Origin: Chiloscyllium plagiosum
Lineage: Eukaryota
Assembly (NCBI RefSeq): GCF_004010195.1
Contig: NC_057719.1
Location: 65,927,049 to 65,991,048, forward strand
Length of the DNA: 64,000 nucleotides
Direction: 5' to 3'
This document shows, one piece after another, positions 1-12,600 of the stretch (position 1 is the stretch's first letter; each line of letters opens with the position of its first letter). A program made the position numbers and the translations under genes. The notes under the pieces are model-generated. The model did not search any database. It was not told the origin of the DNA and saw only the letters and a list, made by a program, of their open reading frames with translations.

Positions 1-300
1 TCTACCCTCATCAATCTTTTTTGTTACTTCTTCAAAAAACTCAATTAAGTTTGTGAGACATGATTTCCCATGCACAAAGTCATGTTGACTATCCCTAATC
101 AGTCCTTGCCTTTCCAAATACATGTACATTCTGTCTCTCAGGATTCCCTCCAACAAATTGCCCACCCCCGACGTCAGGCTCACCAGTCTATAGTTCCCTG
201 GCTTGTCCTTACCACCTTTCTTAAACAGTGGCACGACGTTAGCCAACCTTCAGTCTTCCGGCACCTCACCTGTGACTATCGATGATACAAATATCTCAAT
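1..300 (-). mobile_element. CR1-clade LINE RT fragment (runs off the window start)
   Basis: Reverse strand reads GEVPEDWRLANVVPLFKKGGKDKPGNYRLVSL...HDFVHGKSCLTNLIEFFEEVT; same family as other CR1 copies in the window. Confidence 0.88.
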
Positions 301-3300
301 AAGTAATGATCGAGCGTCGATAGAGGAGAGTCACATCAGGTTGGAAATGACCTTGGCCATGTTGCACAAACGCGAGCAGGAGCTGGAAGGGCTTGGAAAG
401 TGAATGGAGGAGGTTGATTGGCGGACTGAAGCATCAGAGACCTGATAGAGTCTATGATGGACTGGATCCAGGCCCTCGAGAAGCAGGTCTGGGTATTAAC
501 CAAGCAGGTCGATGACCTGGAAAACAGAGGTAAAAGAAAGAATATCCGGGTAATCGGGCTGCCGGAGGGAGTGGAACCCAGTTTTTTTGAAGACCTGCTG
601 CTGCGATTTATTAGTTGGGAGGCCGAGGTGGGCTAGGTGTACGTCAACAGAGTTCACCGGGTTGTGATGCGCAGGCCCAGTTTGGACCAATGACCCCGCC
701 TAGTCCTAGTGCAATTCCATTGCTACAGGGACAAACAGAGAGTTATGGAAGCTTCCAGAATGCAGAGGAAGGATCCACAGCCCTTGATTTACAAAGGATC
801 CAGGATAATGTTCTTCCAGGACTTTTCTGCAGCCATGATGCATAGAGGGATGACCTTTGATGAGGTGAAGAGAAGACTGAGGGACCTCAATATTCAGTAT
901 TCTGTAAGGTTCCCAGCTGTGCTTCGTTTTACTCATGATTGGTCAGTATGCTGATTTGATTGTACAGAAAAATGAAAAACTTTCTGGATGCATTAAAATC
1001 GACTGGATGGTCTAAAGGATATGTTTTAGATTAGATTAGATTCCCTACAGTGTGGAAACAGGCCCTTCGGCCCAACCAGTCCACACCGACCCTCCGAAGA
1101 GTAACCCGCCCAGACCCATTTCCCTCTGACTAATGCACCTAACACTATGGGCAATTTAGCATGGCCAATTCACCTGACCTGCACATCTTTGGACTGTGGG
1201 AGAAAACCAGAGCACCCGGAGGAAACCCACACAGACACGGGGAGAATGTGGAAACTCTGCGCAGACAGTCACCCAAGGCTGGAATTGAACCTGGGATCCT
1301 GGTGCTGTGAGGCAGCAGTGCTAACCAGGTGCTTCGCTCCTTTTCTTGAAGAAAGTATTGCTGGATTTTTTTCCTGATGTTAATTGGAGTTAATATATCG
1401 TTGGGGACGGGTAGTATCAGAGAAATTTGGCCAATAAAATAGAGACCACACAAACCAGATTGGATGAAATTGACATGCTGTTTATTACAAGCTATATCGC
1501 TGGAAGAGAAATTGACGAGGCTGACACAGAACTGACAGTCTGTACAGGGAGATCAGAATTTCTCTTCCTCGAGCTGAGGAAGAAGCCAGTTTTTATTATA
1601 ATCCTGTACAATGAGGCTAATTAGAAATGGGGAAAATACAATGTACCCAGAATCTATCTGGAAATGGAGTAATCTAGTTGCACTGATGCTAATTGGAAAA
1701 CAGTTATCGGAGGAATGTCCTAATTCTCTACACAAAGCAACATCCTGACAGTATCGATGGGTTCAGAGCTTCCATTCTTCTTCGCAGGTAGCTGCTAATG
1801 TCTCCTCTGAAATGGTGAAATGCTTCCACCGTCCTGTCCTGGGAGCAGTGCTCTTGGTGGTGCCTCTCTGTCTGACCTGTTCTTTGTGTGGTTTTGATAT
1901 TGCTGAGTTGTGAAACTGCCCTCGGGGCTTTGAGATAGTTGTGGTGCTCTGCCATTGTTAGTGGGAGCTTGAAGTGTATACCGTTATCTGCAAGTGCTGT
2001 CTAATTTCACTTGTCAGCCTGCTTGGTCCCTGCTGAGGTATTCTGGGTTTTGTTTTGGTACAGTTTGGCCAGGTTTGCTTTTGTGGGCCTATTGTGGGTT
2101 GGCAGGGTGGCAGATCTTTTCCCACAGGTAGAGGGTTCACTTTTAACTCCTTTGTTAAGATTACCTTTTTTTATTCCGTTTGCTTGAGTTTGGGGTGTGA
2201 CTCAAGCTGGAAGGAGTTATGGAGGTATATGGGAGATGTGTAAGCACCCCCTATGGGCAGGGGTAGAGTCCCCTATTAAGTGCCTTTTTTTGTTTTGTAT
2301 TTGGTTTAGTCTGATGGTTTTTTTGTAGATGTTTTTGAAAGTTATATTTGTTAGGTGTAATAGTTTTAGTGTGTGCAGGTTTTAGGCTCTCTGAGTCTTA
2401 TACCATTTATACTCAGCGATTTGTAAGTCGAATTCTTCCTCTCGGGAGTTCAAAGGTTGTTGTAGAGGGTCATGGCTAATTGTGTTCTCAAATGGTGTAC
2501 CTGGAACATTAAAGGGAGTCACTGGCCAGTCAAGAGGAAAAAGATATTTTTCGTGTCTTAAAAAGGAGAGGGTTGATATTGCCCTATGGCAGGAAAAACA
2601 CCTTGATGATAAGGAACATCTGAAATTACAGCAGGGTGTGTTTGATTGGGTTTTTTTCGTCCTTCAATATGAAGAACAGGGGAGTGGCCATACTTTTTCA
2701 CAAGAATCTCCCTTTTCACTTACTGGGTCATATTAAAGATGAGTATAGGCGGTTCGTAATCTTTAAAGCCTCAATATACGGTGAAGAGTATGGTATTTTG
2801 AATGTTTATTGTTCCCGGCGCACCCCCTTAAATCCCTGATAGATGCGTTCTCTAAACCTATCACCCTTGTGTCGCGGCATTTCATTACAGGGAGAGATTT
2901 TAACTGTCTTATGGATCCCACAGTGGGTAGAGTGCCCAAAGGCCCCACAAAGCTTTCTCTGCAATCTAAGCAACTAGTTGGTTTATGTGTGCAATTGGGG
3001 CTGTGGGGTGTTTGGAGGTGTCTTCACCCTCCGAGTAGGGACTTAATGTTTTTTGCTAATCTATACAAGCGTCCCTACTAGAATTAATTTTTTCCTAGCC
3101 CCCGCAACTTGTTTTGATTCGGCCATGTCCTACACAATTGGGAATATCACCATTTCTAATCACGCAGCAGTATACTTAGAGGCCAATATTAAGAGCAATG
3201 TAACAGGATCACAGCACTGACAAACAGATCCCTTTATTCTCAAGGACAGTAAGTTCATTGAGTGTTTCTCCAATGAGTTTAAAGCATTCTTGACTATCAG

Positions 3301-6300
3301 TTCGGGTATAATTATCTCTTACTCTGCCAGTCGGAAGCGACAGAAGGGAGAGCAGCAGCGTCTGCTCGAGGCATGACTGAAGACTGCTGAGACAGCATAT
3401 TTTGATCGGCCATCGGTGGCTAAGTCGCAGCGGATCACAGCTCTTCGGTCCACCTTGAATTCCATGCTCACACAGACAGTGAGGAAGGAACTTTCCTTTA
3501 TGAAACAAAGTTTGTTTGAGCATGGTGAAATAGTGATAGGCCGCGCACATATCTGGCATATCCAGCCAAGAAAAGGAACATTACCTCACACCCCCCCCCA
3601 ATCTATTACCTCAATCAGGGAAGGCACTAGGATTGTTACATGTGATTCTAAAAAGGTCATTTTGAATTACTTTGAATTATACTAGTCAGAAGGCTGTGAG
3701 GACAGATGGGCTTAGATTTTCCAAGAACCTGGATCTTCCAGGAGTGACCTCCGAATAGGCGTCTCTACTTAATGCCCCTTTAACAGTACAAGAGGTACAG
3801 GAAACTGTGAAGCAGCTTCACAGTTGAAAGGCGCCCAGGCCTAATGGTCTTCCAAGTGAACTCTACAAAGAGTTTGTAAATCTATTGTCAGGATCAATGC
3901 TGGACATATGCAATTACTCGTAAAGTCATGATTGCCTCCCACCATCCATGAGAGAGGCTAATATCTCTCTCATCCTTAAGAAACGGAAGACCCCAGAGGA
4001 TTGTGCTACTTATAGGCCCATCACACTTCTAAATTCAAATTTTAAAATTTTGTCCAAGACTCTTGCATTAAGCCTGGAAACGGTGTTGCCTTCCATTGTT
4101 AAAAATGGGTTTTATAAAGGGCCATAGATCCTCCAACAATGTTACGAGGTTACTTAAAATGGTCGAAGTGTGCCAGCAGCGATCGGCTTAGGGATGAGTG
4201 ATCTGTTTAGATGCAGAGAAAACATTTGATTGGGTTGAGTGGCCGTATCTTTTTTTTAATACCCTGGAATGTTTTGGTCTTGGTGAAATCTTTATTAGGT
4301 GGGTAGGGGCCCTTTATGGTGATCCTCTAGCTGCGGTTCTCACCAATGGTGTAAGGTCCAGTAATTTTAGTATCTGTAGGGGCAGTCGGCAAGGTTGTCC
4401 CCTCTCACCTTTACACTTTACGTTGGAGATTGAGCCACAGACAGAGGCTATTGGTAGGGATCCTCACATAGCTGCCCCAGAAGTTGGATCAAAGGCAGGT
4501 AAAATCTCACTGTACACAGATGACGTTCTTAACTTTTTGTGGAACCCAGTAGTTTCTGTACCCCATTTGATACAATGTATTAATTTATTTGGCTCCTTTT
4601 TGAGCTATAAGATTAATATTTCAAAATCGGGGGCTATGCCTATGGGGGGTCTTGGGGAATATCTGACGTTGAGGGTGAGTCACGGTTTCCTTTTAAGTGG
4701 TCATGGGGGAGTTTTGTTTATTTAGGTATTTTTGATACTCCCGTCTTCAATCAATAATTTTATCCACTTACTTGACAAGATTAAGCAAGATCTTCAAAGA
4801 TGGGAGGCTCTTCCAATATCTTGGTTAGGCCGAGTAGCCCTTATTAAAATGAATGTCCTTCCTCCTTTGCTATACCCTATGCGAATGCTTCCCTTGATTT
4901 TCCCAGGCAAATAATTTGGAGACTTAATGGCTGGTTTAGTTCTTTTATCTGGCACCACAGGTGGCCCCTTATTAAACTCGCCAAATTGCAATTGCCCCAA
5001 GGGCTGTGAGGAGTGGGCACAACAACACCTCCCCCACTGCCACCAACGGATATTATAAGATATCAATTAAGCTCCCTTTTATCTTTTGTGAGTGACTGGG
5101 CTTGTGAGGACCCGGCGTCAATATGGTTGGATATTGAGGCCTCCCAGACAAAGTGTCCTCTTATTAGCCTGTTGTTCTAAGATAAAATGAGGACATTTGC
5201 AGAATACTGTCGTAATCCAATAATTATTAATACTGTCAAAGCATGGAGGGCAGTCTGGCAGAGTGAGGGTAGCATGTCTAAAACTTATTTTCTTGTCCCT
5301 TTAGTTGGTATGCCAGGGTTCTGGCCAGGGATAATGGACTCCACGTTTTAAACCTGGGCAGCTACGGGAGTTTCCTGTTTGGACGACTTATTTGAGGGTG
5401 AAACAATGATGTCCTTTGACCAAATAAACCGCAAGTACAGATTATTTAGCAGAGACCTTTTTCATTTTTTCCAGATTAGGGACTTTATTCAAAAAGGAAC
5501 TACACTTTTGACCGACTCCTACAGATCCGACACAGAGAAGAAGGTGCTCCATGCCAAGAGCACACCCTTTATCATCTGTTGTGAGGTAGTTCCTGGGATG
5601 ATATCGAGTGACTATGTGAGGTCTGGGGGAGGTCTGAGTTGAGGTCTGAGTGACTATGTGAGGTCTGAGTTGAGATCTCCTCTGAGACATGGGAGGGCAT
5701 TTGTGAAAATGCAAAAAAGATTTCGATCTGTAATAGGACCCATGCCATGCAGTTGAAGATTCTTTATAGGGTCTATCTGGCCCCAGATCGGCTCTTGAAA
5801 TTTAAGGTGGGAATATCCTTAGTGTGCCCCCAGTGTAAAATAAGTACTGATACTCTCACTCACTGTCTGTGGACCAGCCACAGGCTTCTCCATACGTACT
5901 GGAGTGCTGTGGCAAGAGTAATAGAGAGGGTCTTGGGGACCAAAGTTAAGATGGACCCGATCTCTCTTCTCCTGGGCCTGCCCAATTTATCTTCTTTAGA
6001 TACTCATGGGAGAAAACTGTTGTGTGGGGGTAAGCTAGCCATATCCCACTGGACTTTCTCACAAATATGGTGCACCAAAAACTGAAAATTTTTATTTGAC
6101 ATGGCAACCCTTTTTGGAATACCTAGACTCAGATTTGTCTGCCTTTTAAATAGGGCTTTTGTGTAGCCATGGCGATCTGATTTAGTGAACTTGGTACCCC
6201 GAGAGGAAGAAGTTTGAATAAATGTGGGTGTAATATTCAATGCTCTCGAAAGTCAGGAGCTATTGTTTCATTCCGCTGAGCGGTATTATTTATTTATTAC

Positions 6301-6460
6301 TTCTACTGGACTGTTTATCTTGCACATGAGTATAATTTTGTTTTGTTTGTGTTGTTCTTTATTTCTGTTTTTATCGACTGTTGTTATTGGTTTATTGTTA
6401 TTGTAATTATGTAATTTTATAAAAAATAATTTTTTTTCTCAAACAAAAATATTTTTTAAA
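301..6460 (+). mobile_element. Decayed near-full-length L1-clade LINE: ORF1 remnant (~301-1010), long inter-ORF region, ORF2 from ATG 2472 (APE, RT, CCHC), T-rich 3' UTR and A-rich tail
   Basis: ORF1 motif DLENRGKRKNIRVIGLPEG and FFQDFS; ORF2 start MANCVLKWCTWNIKG; GRDFN; GSRQGCPLSP and LYTDD RT motifs; GRVALIKMNVLP; CPQC...HCLW knuckle; many stops and frameshifts. Confidence 0.9.
1026..1330 (-). mobile_element. HE1/V-SINE-type tRNA-derived SINE inserted in the L1 inter-ORF region
   Basis: (TAGAT)n tail, CR1-like 3' end, near-identical to copies at 21022 and 31546. Confidence 0.88.
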
Positions 6461-6733
6461 AAAGCCATTTGGATAGGTACGTGAATAGGAAAGGTTTGGA
6501 GGCATATGAGATAAAAACAATGACTGCAGATGCTGGAAACCAGATTCTGGATTAGTGGTGCTGGAAGAGCACAGCAGTTCAGGCAGCATCCAAGGAGCTT
6601 CGAAATCAACGTTTCGGGCAAAAGCCCTTCATCAGGAAACCACAGGTAGGTAGGAACTAGTTTAAATTGGGATTATGTTCAGCCTGGACTGGTTGGTTCG
6701 TAGGGTCTGTTTCCGTGCTGTATGACTCTGTGA
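6461..6733 (+). mobile_element. CR1 3'-end fragment interrupted by a Penelope-derived repeat
   Basis: ...aataggaaaggtttggagg and gggtctgtttccgtgctgtatgactctgtga match the CR1 3' tails elsewhere in the window. Confidence 0.7.
6508..6637 (-). mobile_element. Penelope-derived short repeat (family A) with hammerhead core
   Basis: Minus strand: CTGATGA-aGGGC tttt GCCC-GAAA-CGTT; body homologous to the 3' end of the Penelope copy at 30240-30375. Confidence 0.8.
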
Positions 6734-6969
6734 CAGAAAATACAGGGTTCAACACTTGCGCTTCAGGAACCTGACTCTGCAGTCTTCTGAATACTTTGAT
6801 GGAGCCCTAAGTATGACTTTTCTTCATCTTTGAAGCAGATGAGGTATTTTGGAAGCCAGAAATAGAGAGAAAGATTTGCTGAAGGTGAAGCAGAGACATA
6901 ATTTTAAAATTAATTTAGCTTTTTTCAGTCTTGTGATTTGGCACTTTGATCCAATGAATCATTTTTAAA

Positions 6970-8620
6970 CATGTCAAAAACAAAGGGCAAATTATGCTTT
7001 TGAGTCTCCTGTGAAAAAGGAAGCCCGAAAATCTATCATGTTAGCAATGAAATTGAAGATTTTAAAACATTTGGAAGCAAGTGGATAAGCAATTTCCATT
7101 GGCTGAGTCTACTCTCTATGATATTGAGAATAATCATGGGAATTATGACAAACTCAGTGTTCTTTTAAGTTCTGGAAGGGTAAGTTGGACTAGAAACAGC
7201 ATCATGACAGTCTGGATTCAAAACTGGAACCAGTACCATTGAGAATAAACATCTCCAAAGAGGTAAAGATGGTGTCAGGATTTAAATCTCCCAAACATTT
7301 CTTGACTGTTTTGCAAGTGAGTATATGACAGGAGATTTCAAATTTTAAGCCCTTAGTAGTATACTAGTAAGAGATACCAAGGCTTTGAGAGGTAAAGCCA
7401 AGGAACATCTGCGTGTCATTTGGTGTTTCATTAAGAAAGCCTGGCTGACGTTGGAACTCAAGATTGGATCTGTCTGTACGCACTTGCTGCTTTGGGCAGA
7501 ATATTATGATAAAAATATTGTAATTATTTCTCCCAAGGTCATCATATCAACATTGACTACTTGTCTGAAAATGTCACAAAGCTAGTCCCTTTTTTCTAAA
7601 AGCTGTTCCTTTTTTCAAGGATACTGTGTCCTTGGTTATTTTCAGAGGGGTCGTAAACTCTCTGGGCTCTGAAACGGCTGGATTTGGTACGGAGATGAAA
7701 GGCCTTTTTGTTTATACGTAAACAGATGAGACTTTAGGCCAAAGTTTTTATGTTTTTAGAAATAACTTGTATAAGTCAAGGGGGCATGGCTAGCGCTGTC
7801 TGAGCAGTTCAGTTCAGAACTTTCGTTAGAAAAGTTCAGCTGTGGAGCTGTGTGGAAACAGGTTGCTAAACTCTCTCTCCTTCTGCCCTTCTAGCTTCGA
7901 CCTGTAAGCCTTTGTTTCATTTTTTTGCTCTGTGTTTAAAAGGTTTGTTTATTGGGACTGTTGTGCATATTTGGAACAGTATAATTAAGTTTAGTTTGGA
8001 TAGACTGAGTTCCGTAGGTTTTCTTTATTCTGTTCTTTGTGTTTTATTCCGTAATTTTGTGAATAAATGTTTGTCTGTTTTAAAACCTGGTAGTCAACCT
8101 CGCTAACTTACTCCGGGTAATTTCTACTGTACACTGTTATGGTCTGGGCTGCCTGCTTAAGAATGTTTTGAGTGGTCTGGCCTAGTCCATAACAAAAATG
8201 TGAAGGTGATTTGCTTGTCCCCTAAGATGCCTTAGTTGCTTTGGCACATAGATCAGGAAGTAATATCAACATTCAAGGCAAGCTACTCAACCTTCTCCCA
8301 GCTCATCAATGCAACAGATGATATGGATGCCTCTAGGATTTTTAGTGTCTCTGCAGCATCCTCAAAAGTATCAACGCCATTTCACATTAATGGGATGAAG
8401 ATATATCATTACATTTGATTAGTGTGTGGCAGAAAGAATGGCATAAGAACATCCCTAATCAAGGAGAGTCTCAGGACACTGTTTCCAAAGTCCACTGGGA
8501 GATCTTCAACATGGCGAGTCAAGTTGACTTTAACAAAGCAGATGAAAAGTGAAGTGTTGAAATTGCCTGAGTTTCACCAAGAGGAATTGTCCAATGAACA
8601 TCTAATGCATTTAATAGTAT
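6970..8620 (+). mobile_element. Highly decayed Tigger/pogo-family DNA transposase fossil, split by a solo LTR
   Basis: KKEARKSIMLAMKLKILKHLE (CENP-B/psq HTH-like); LSE|NVKVICLSPK..LLWHIDQEVISTFKASY (pogo DDE-region motif FLPPNTTSxLQPxDQGVIxxFKxxY); QEELSNEHLMHL. Confidence 0.7.
7572..8194 (+). mobile_element. Solo LTR (TG...CA, 623 bp)
   Basis: Starts TGTCAC, ends ATAACA, 4-bp TSD AAAA, internal AATAAA at 8062; removing it restores the Tigger frame LSENVKV. Confidence 0.75.
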
Positions 8621-8937
8621 GTAGTACAAAGGGAGTTTGTATGAATGTTATCTCATCATGTTAAATGTGCAGATTAGAGTTTTTTGGTTGTTTTTGAGGT
8701 GTAACATTTAACCTGATGTCAAAGCTGGTTAGTTAGCTGATTTTTATTTTAGATGCAATCAGCAGTAGCAAATGTTGCAAACAGAGATTATTGGAGAAAC
8801 TCAGCAGGTCCAGCGCATCTGTGAAGAGAGAAACAGAGCTGATGTTTCGAGTTCAGTGTTACTTTTAAAATTCTTGGCTCCCTGATAATATACTTTATTC
8901 AGTTTTCTTGTACATTGTCACCATTGAGTCTATTTGG

Positions 8938-9070
8938 AGGTGGTGACATAGTGGTAATGTAACTGGACTACTTACCCAGAACCCGAGGCTAATGTTCTGG
9001 GGATGTGGGTTCATATCACACTATGGCAGATGGTGAAATTTGAATTCAGTAACAAAATCTGAAATAATTT
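8938..9070 (+). mobile_element. 5' part of a second tRNA-derived SINE family (tail remnant at ~10095-10155)
   Basis: A-box-like ggtgacatagtggtaa and B-box-like gggttcatatc; homologous to 26180-26520 and 24990-25370(-). Confidence 0.6.
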
Positions 9071-9489
9071 CTGTGGGAACAGGATGTTACTTTCATCAGC
9101 AAGTGAAGTGGAGACAGTATTTTCACTTTCAGAAATCTACCACAGTTCTCAGAACATTCCTTGAAATACTGGTTCCAGTGTTTACTTCTTTTGTGTGGAT
9201 CTCTCTGTGACAACAATGGTCTGGTTGTTCAGTACTTCACATTTGTTCGTGTCTTCTTGAGGCTGTAATAGGGTGAGATGGGTAAAGATTGTAAGGAGTC
9301 TTTCTTTTTGCATTCCTGCCTTTCCAAGAGAGAATAATTGGTTCTCTGACCACCTTCATAATGTGGCCTTGCACTTATATTTAGTTTGGTTTTTCTCAAG
9401 CCAAATTTGCAGCAATCTGAACTATTTGAAGTTTTAAAACTCATATTCTCAAAAATAAAGAATATAGACTTGAAAAAGTGTATAAGGTA

Positions 9490-10052
9490 TAAGCAGGAAG
9501 GGAAAATGTTAAGATTTGAGTTTTGTGAAGACGGAAAGAGTTAAGTTCTGAGTTTTGTGAAACAAAAGGTTCAGCTGAGCATGACTCAGATCAGATAAGA
9601 ACTTACAGTTAACAATGGAGTGCTGGAGGCAAGGGTAATGGGTTAACATGGTGGAAAAGCATTCATTATGTGGAACCATTTAACATGATGAGATAACATT
9701 CAGTATGTAACGCCATTTAACAAGGTGGAAAGCATTCATTATGTGAAGTCAGTTATTCATTGTGTAACAGCATCTGGCTCAATCTTTACTATTGACACTC
9801 GTTGATTGTAACGGTCACCCAATAAATATGTATTGTCTGGATGCTCTTCCCTGTAAAATAACTATATAGTTAATTGAGAAACTGCTGTTCCAGAGAAGAC
9901 CATGAACTCATGTCCTATGCACATGGGCGATCGTTCTCTCTCCCTCTACAGCTCGGAATAAAGATGAAGGAGGTAAAACTACATTGTGTCTTTGAGCGTT
10001 TTGCTTCGACTGACGGATGGGGGAACAAGATGACAGACTCATGATACTTAAC
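9490..10052 (+). mobile_element. ERV-like 3' LTR preceded by a polypurine tract
   Basis: aagcaggaagggaaaa directly before TGTTAAG (9507); end CTTAAC is the inverted match; short internal tandem repeats, TATA-like at ~9864, AATAAA at 9957. Confidence 0.55.
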
Positions 10053-10199
10053 CTTTATTCAATTTTCTTGTGCATGTTGCCATTGAATATGTTATGATGG
10101 ACAATAAACGCAGGCTCAGACAATAATTCCCATATGCCATGAATAATTTTAAAAAATATTTCCACAACCCATGTAGATCACAATAACTTGCTGACTAAA

Positions 10200-10522
10200 G
10201 GGGCAGCATGATGGCATAGTGGTTAGCACTGCTGCCTCACAACCCCAAGGCCGTGGGTTCAATTCCAGCCTTGGGTGAGTGTCTTTGTGGGTTTCCACTG
10301 GATGATCTGGTTTTCTTCCAAGGTCCAAAGATGTGCAGGTTAGGTTAATTCACTATGCTAAATTGCCCCACAGTGTCTTGGGATGTGCAGGTTGGGTTGG
10401 TTAGTCATGGTGAATGTGGAGTTATGGGGACAGGGTGAGTCTGGATGGGATGCTCTTCGGAGGTTGGTGCAGACTTGATGGACCAAATGGCCTCTTTCTG
10501 CACTGTAGGGATTCTATGATTT
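10200..10522 (+). mobile_element. HE1/V-SINE-type SINE
   Basis: tggcatagtggttagcactgctgcctcac head, gggttcaattcc B box, cactgtagggattctatga tail. Confidence 0.85.
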
Positions 10523-12049
10523 TTATGAAAATATTCTCTCATATCACATCTTGTGCTTTTGCTATGATTCTGTGATTGCTAATAATCAATCTTTCTGCTG
10601 CTTGAAACAGTACCTCTATTTACCTTAATAAAAACATTCATGATTTCATTAGTTCTATCTAATTTACTATTATCTGTCTCTAACCTAAAGAGAGCACTCC
10701 TGTTTCTACAATCTGTTCGCATTCTGAAAACTTGTGATTGAAATCTTCTGTTGTAAAATGCTGGAGAGGATTTACTTTCATCCAGAATAGAGATGCTGTA
10801 CTCATGCTGTACACAGTCCTTGTGCCCCTAAAAGATAATAGTTAGAAGCAACAAATGCTAGTGACTCTGATTTTTTATGAACAAAAAACAAAATACAAAG
10901 ATCTGATTTCTTTTAAAAGAGAGAAGTACAATTTTGGGACACAGTCAGAAATCAGTTATGTAACATTTATAGTAAGGAACATTCCCTTGGATATAGTGCC
11001 ATGTATGGACGCAGGTGGTACGTTTCTCAAGAATATGAACCTGCGGGGCAGCCCCAGATCTTGTGCCGCAGCATGGTGAAGTTAAGCATGTGGGAAATTT
11101 GCTTGTTGCAACAAGAGATATTTTTGCCTCCTGCTTTTGGCATGGATTGTGTTGCGAGCAATGTTGGAGCCTGTAGCTAGTATGCTGCAGATGTCGAGGG
11201 ATTGTATCTGTGTGGTCTTGGCAACAGTGCAAAATCCTGACCTAAAGGTAGCAAAACACCTTCTTTGTATGTTTGTTGTCAAATACGGACTGTTCTTAAA
11301 ATTCAATGTACTACAATCTATCCTTGTTGACTGCAATTTGAATCTGATTATTTATTTATATGTAAAGTAAATTGTCAATGAAACCACTTGACAAAGGCGA
11401 GTTTAGAAACTAAAGGTGTGTTGTGAAATTGTTATTTTATGACTCAGTATTAAGATCCTATTAAAATCTTATTTGCTTTCAAGTTATTTTATAAAGTGAG
11501 CTTTGATAAATCAAGTTCAGCAGAATTTTAATTTACAAGGCTGGAGGAAGACAAATGCAGGAGCAAGTTAAATTTACAAAAACGTTGGCATGTCAGAACA
11601 TCATGTTTTTTTTTATTCATTCATGGGATATAACATTACTGGCTCGGTCAGCATTCATTAACTATCTCTGATTGCCCTTGGGAAGTTTCCTAGTTGTGTG
11701 TAGTCTGTTGCATTAGGAGGTGAGGGTGGGTGGAGAAGGGAGTAAATGCATCCACACTATTATTAAGAAGAGGGTTCCAGTATTTGGATTTTCAGCATTT
11801 ATAGAACGCTTGCAGTGGCAAGTAGTAAACTTCCCATGGTGATGTAGGCTCATTAACTTGAATATGCTAAAAAGTAATGAATTCTGATTTCAATCTGTTG
11901 TTCTGATTTTAATAGCTAGTGCATTGTATTCCTGCACTGTGTGCAACTTGCCAGTGTCAGAAAGATATGGCTAGATACAAGTTGTATGAATGAGATGGGC
12001 ATGCGGGTAGATGTGATCAGGCAATCTACTTCTATATCATAAATAGTTA

Positions 12050-12600
12050 AAGGCCAAATAACCTTCCATCATAAAAACTCACAAGCTACTTAGCAACCAT
12101 TTGTGACCTGACTGCCACAATAGAGAGGGCATGTTAGTACTGTAGAAAACACTGGTTGGATGACAGCTAGAGTACATGCACATTGCTTTGGTCACTACAT
12201 CGCAGGAAGCATGTAGTTATACTTGAAGAGGGTAGAAAGAAGATTTATAAGGGTGATACTTTGAGGATAGATCGGATGGGATGGAGTTGTTTTATTTGGA
12301 ACATGGAGGTTTGAAAGGAGATTTAATTGAGGTGTATAAAATTATGAAGATTGAATCAGGAGGATATATTTCCATCACCTGAGAGGAAAGTCATTAGGAG
12401 GGGCATTCATTTAAAGTAATCGGTGGGGAGCTATTAATTAGTGGGGAGTTAAGGTTGAAACCCACTGCCTGAAAGAGTGGTAGAGAGAGCAAACTTCATC
12501 ACATCAAAAGGACTTAGAGATACACTCCAAGTGATTTAATCTCCAGGGCTATGGACCAAGTGGGATTAGACTGGATGGCTATTTTTCAGCCAGCATAGAA
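12050..12600 (+). mobile_element. Old CR1 3' fragment
   Basis: ggagatttaattgaggtgtataaaattatga (GDLIEVYKIM) and neighbouring motifs. Confidence 0.65.

Noticed and set aside
5604..5680. Short repeated units gagtgactatgtgaggtctg that look array-like
   Set aside because: Local slippage duplication inside L1 ORF2; no repeat-spacer regularity, and CRISPR is implausible in this context
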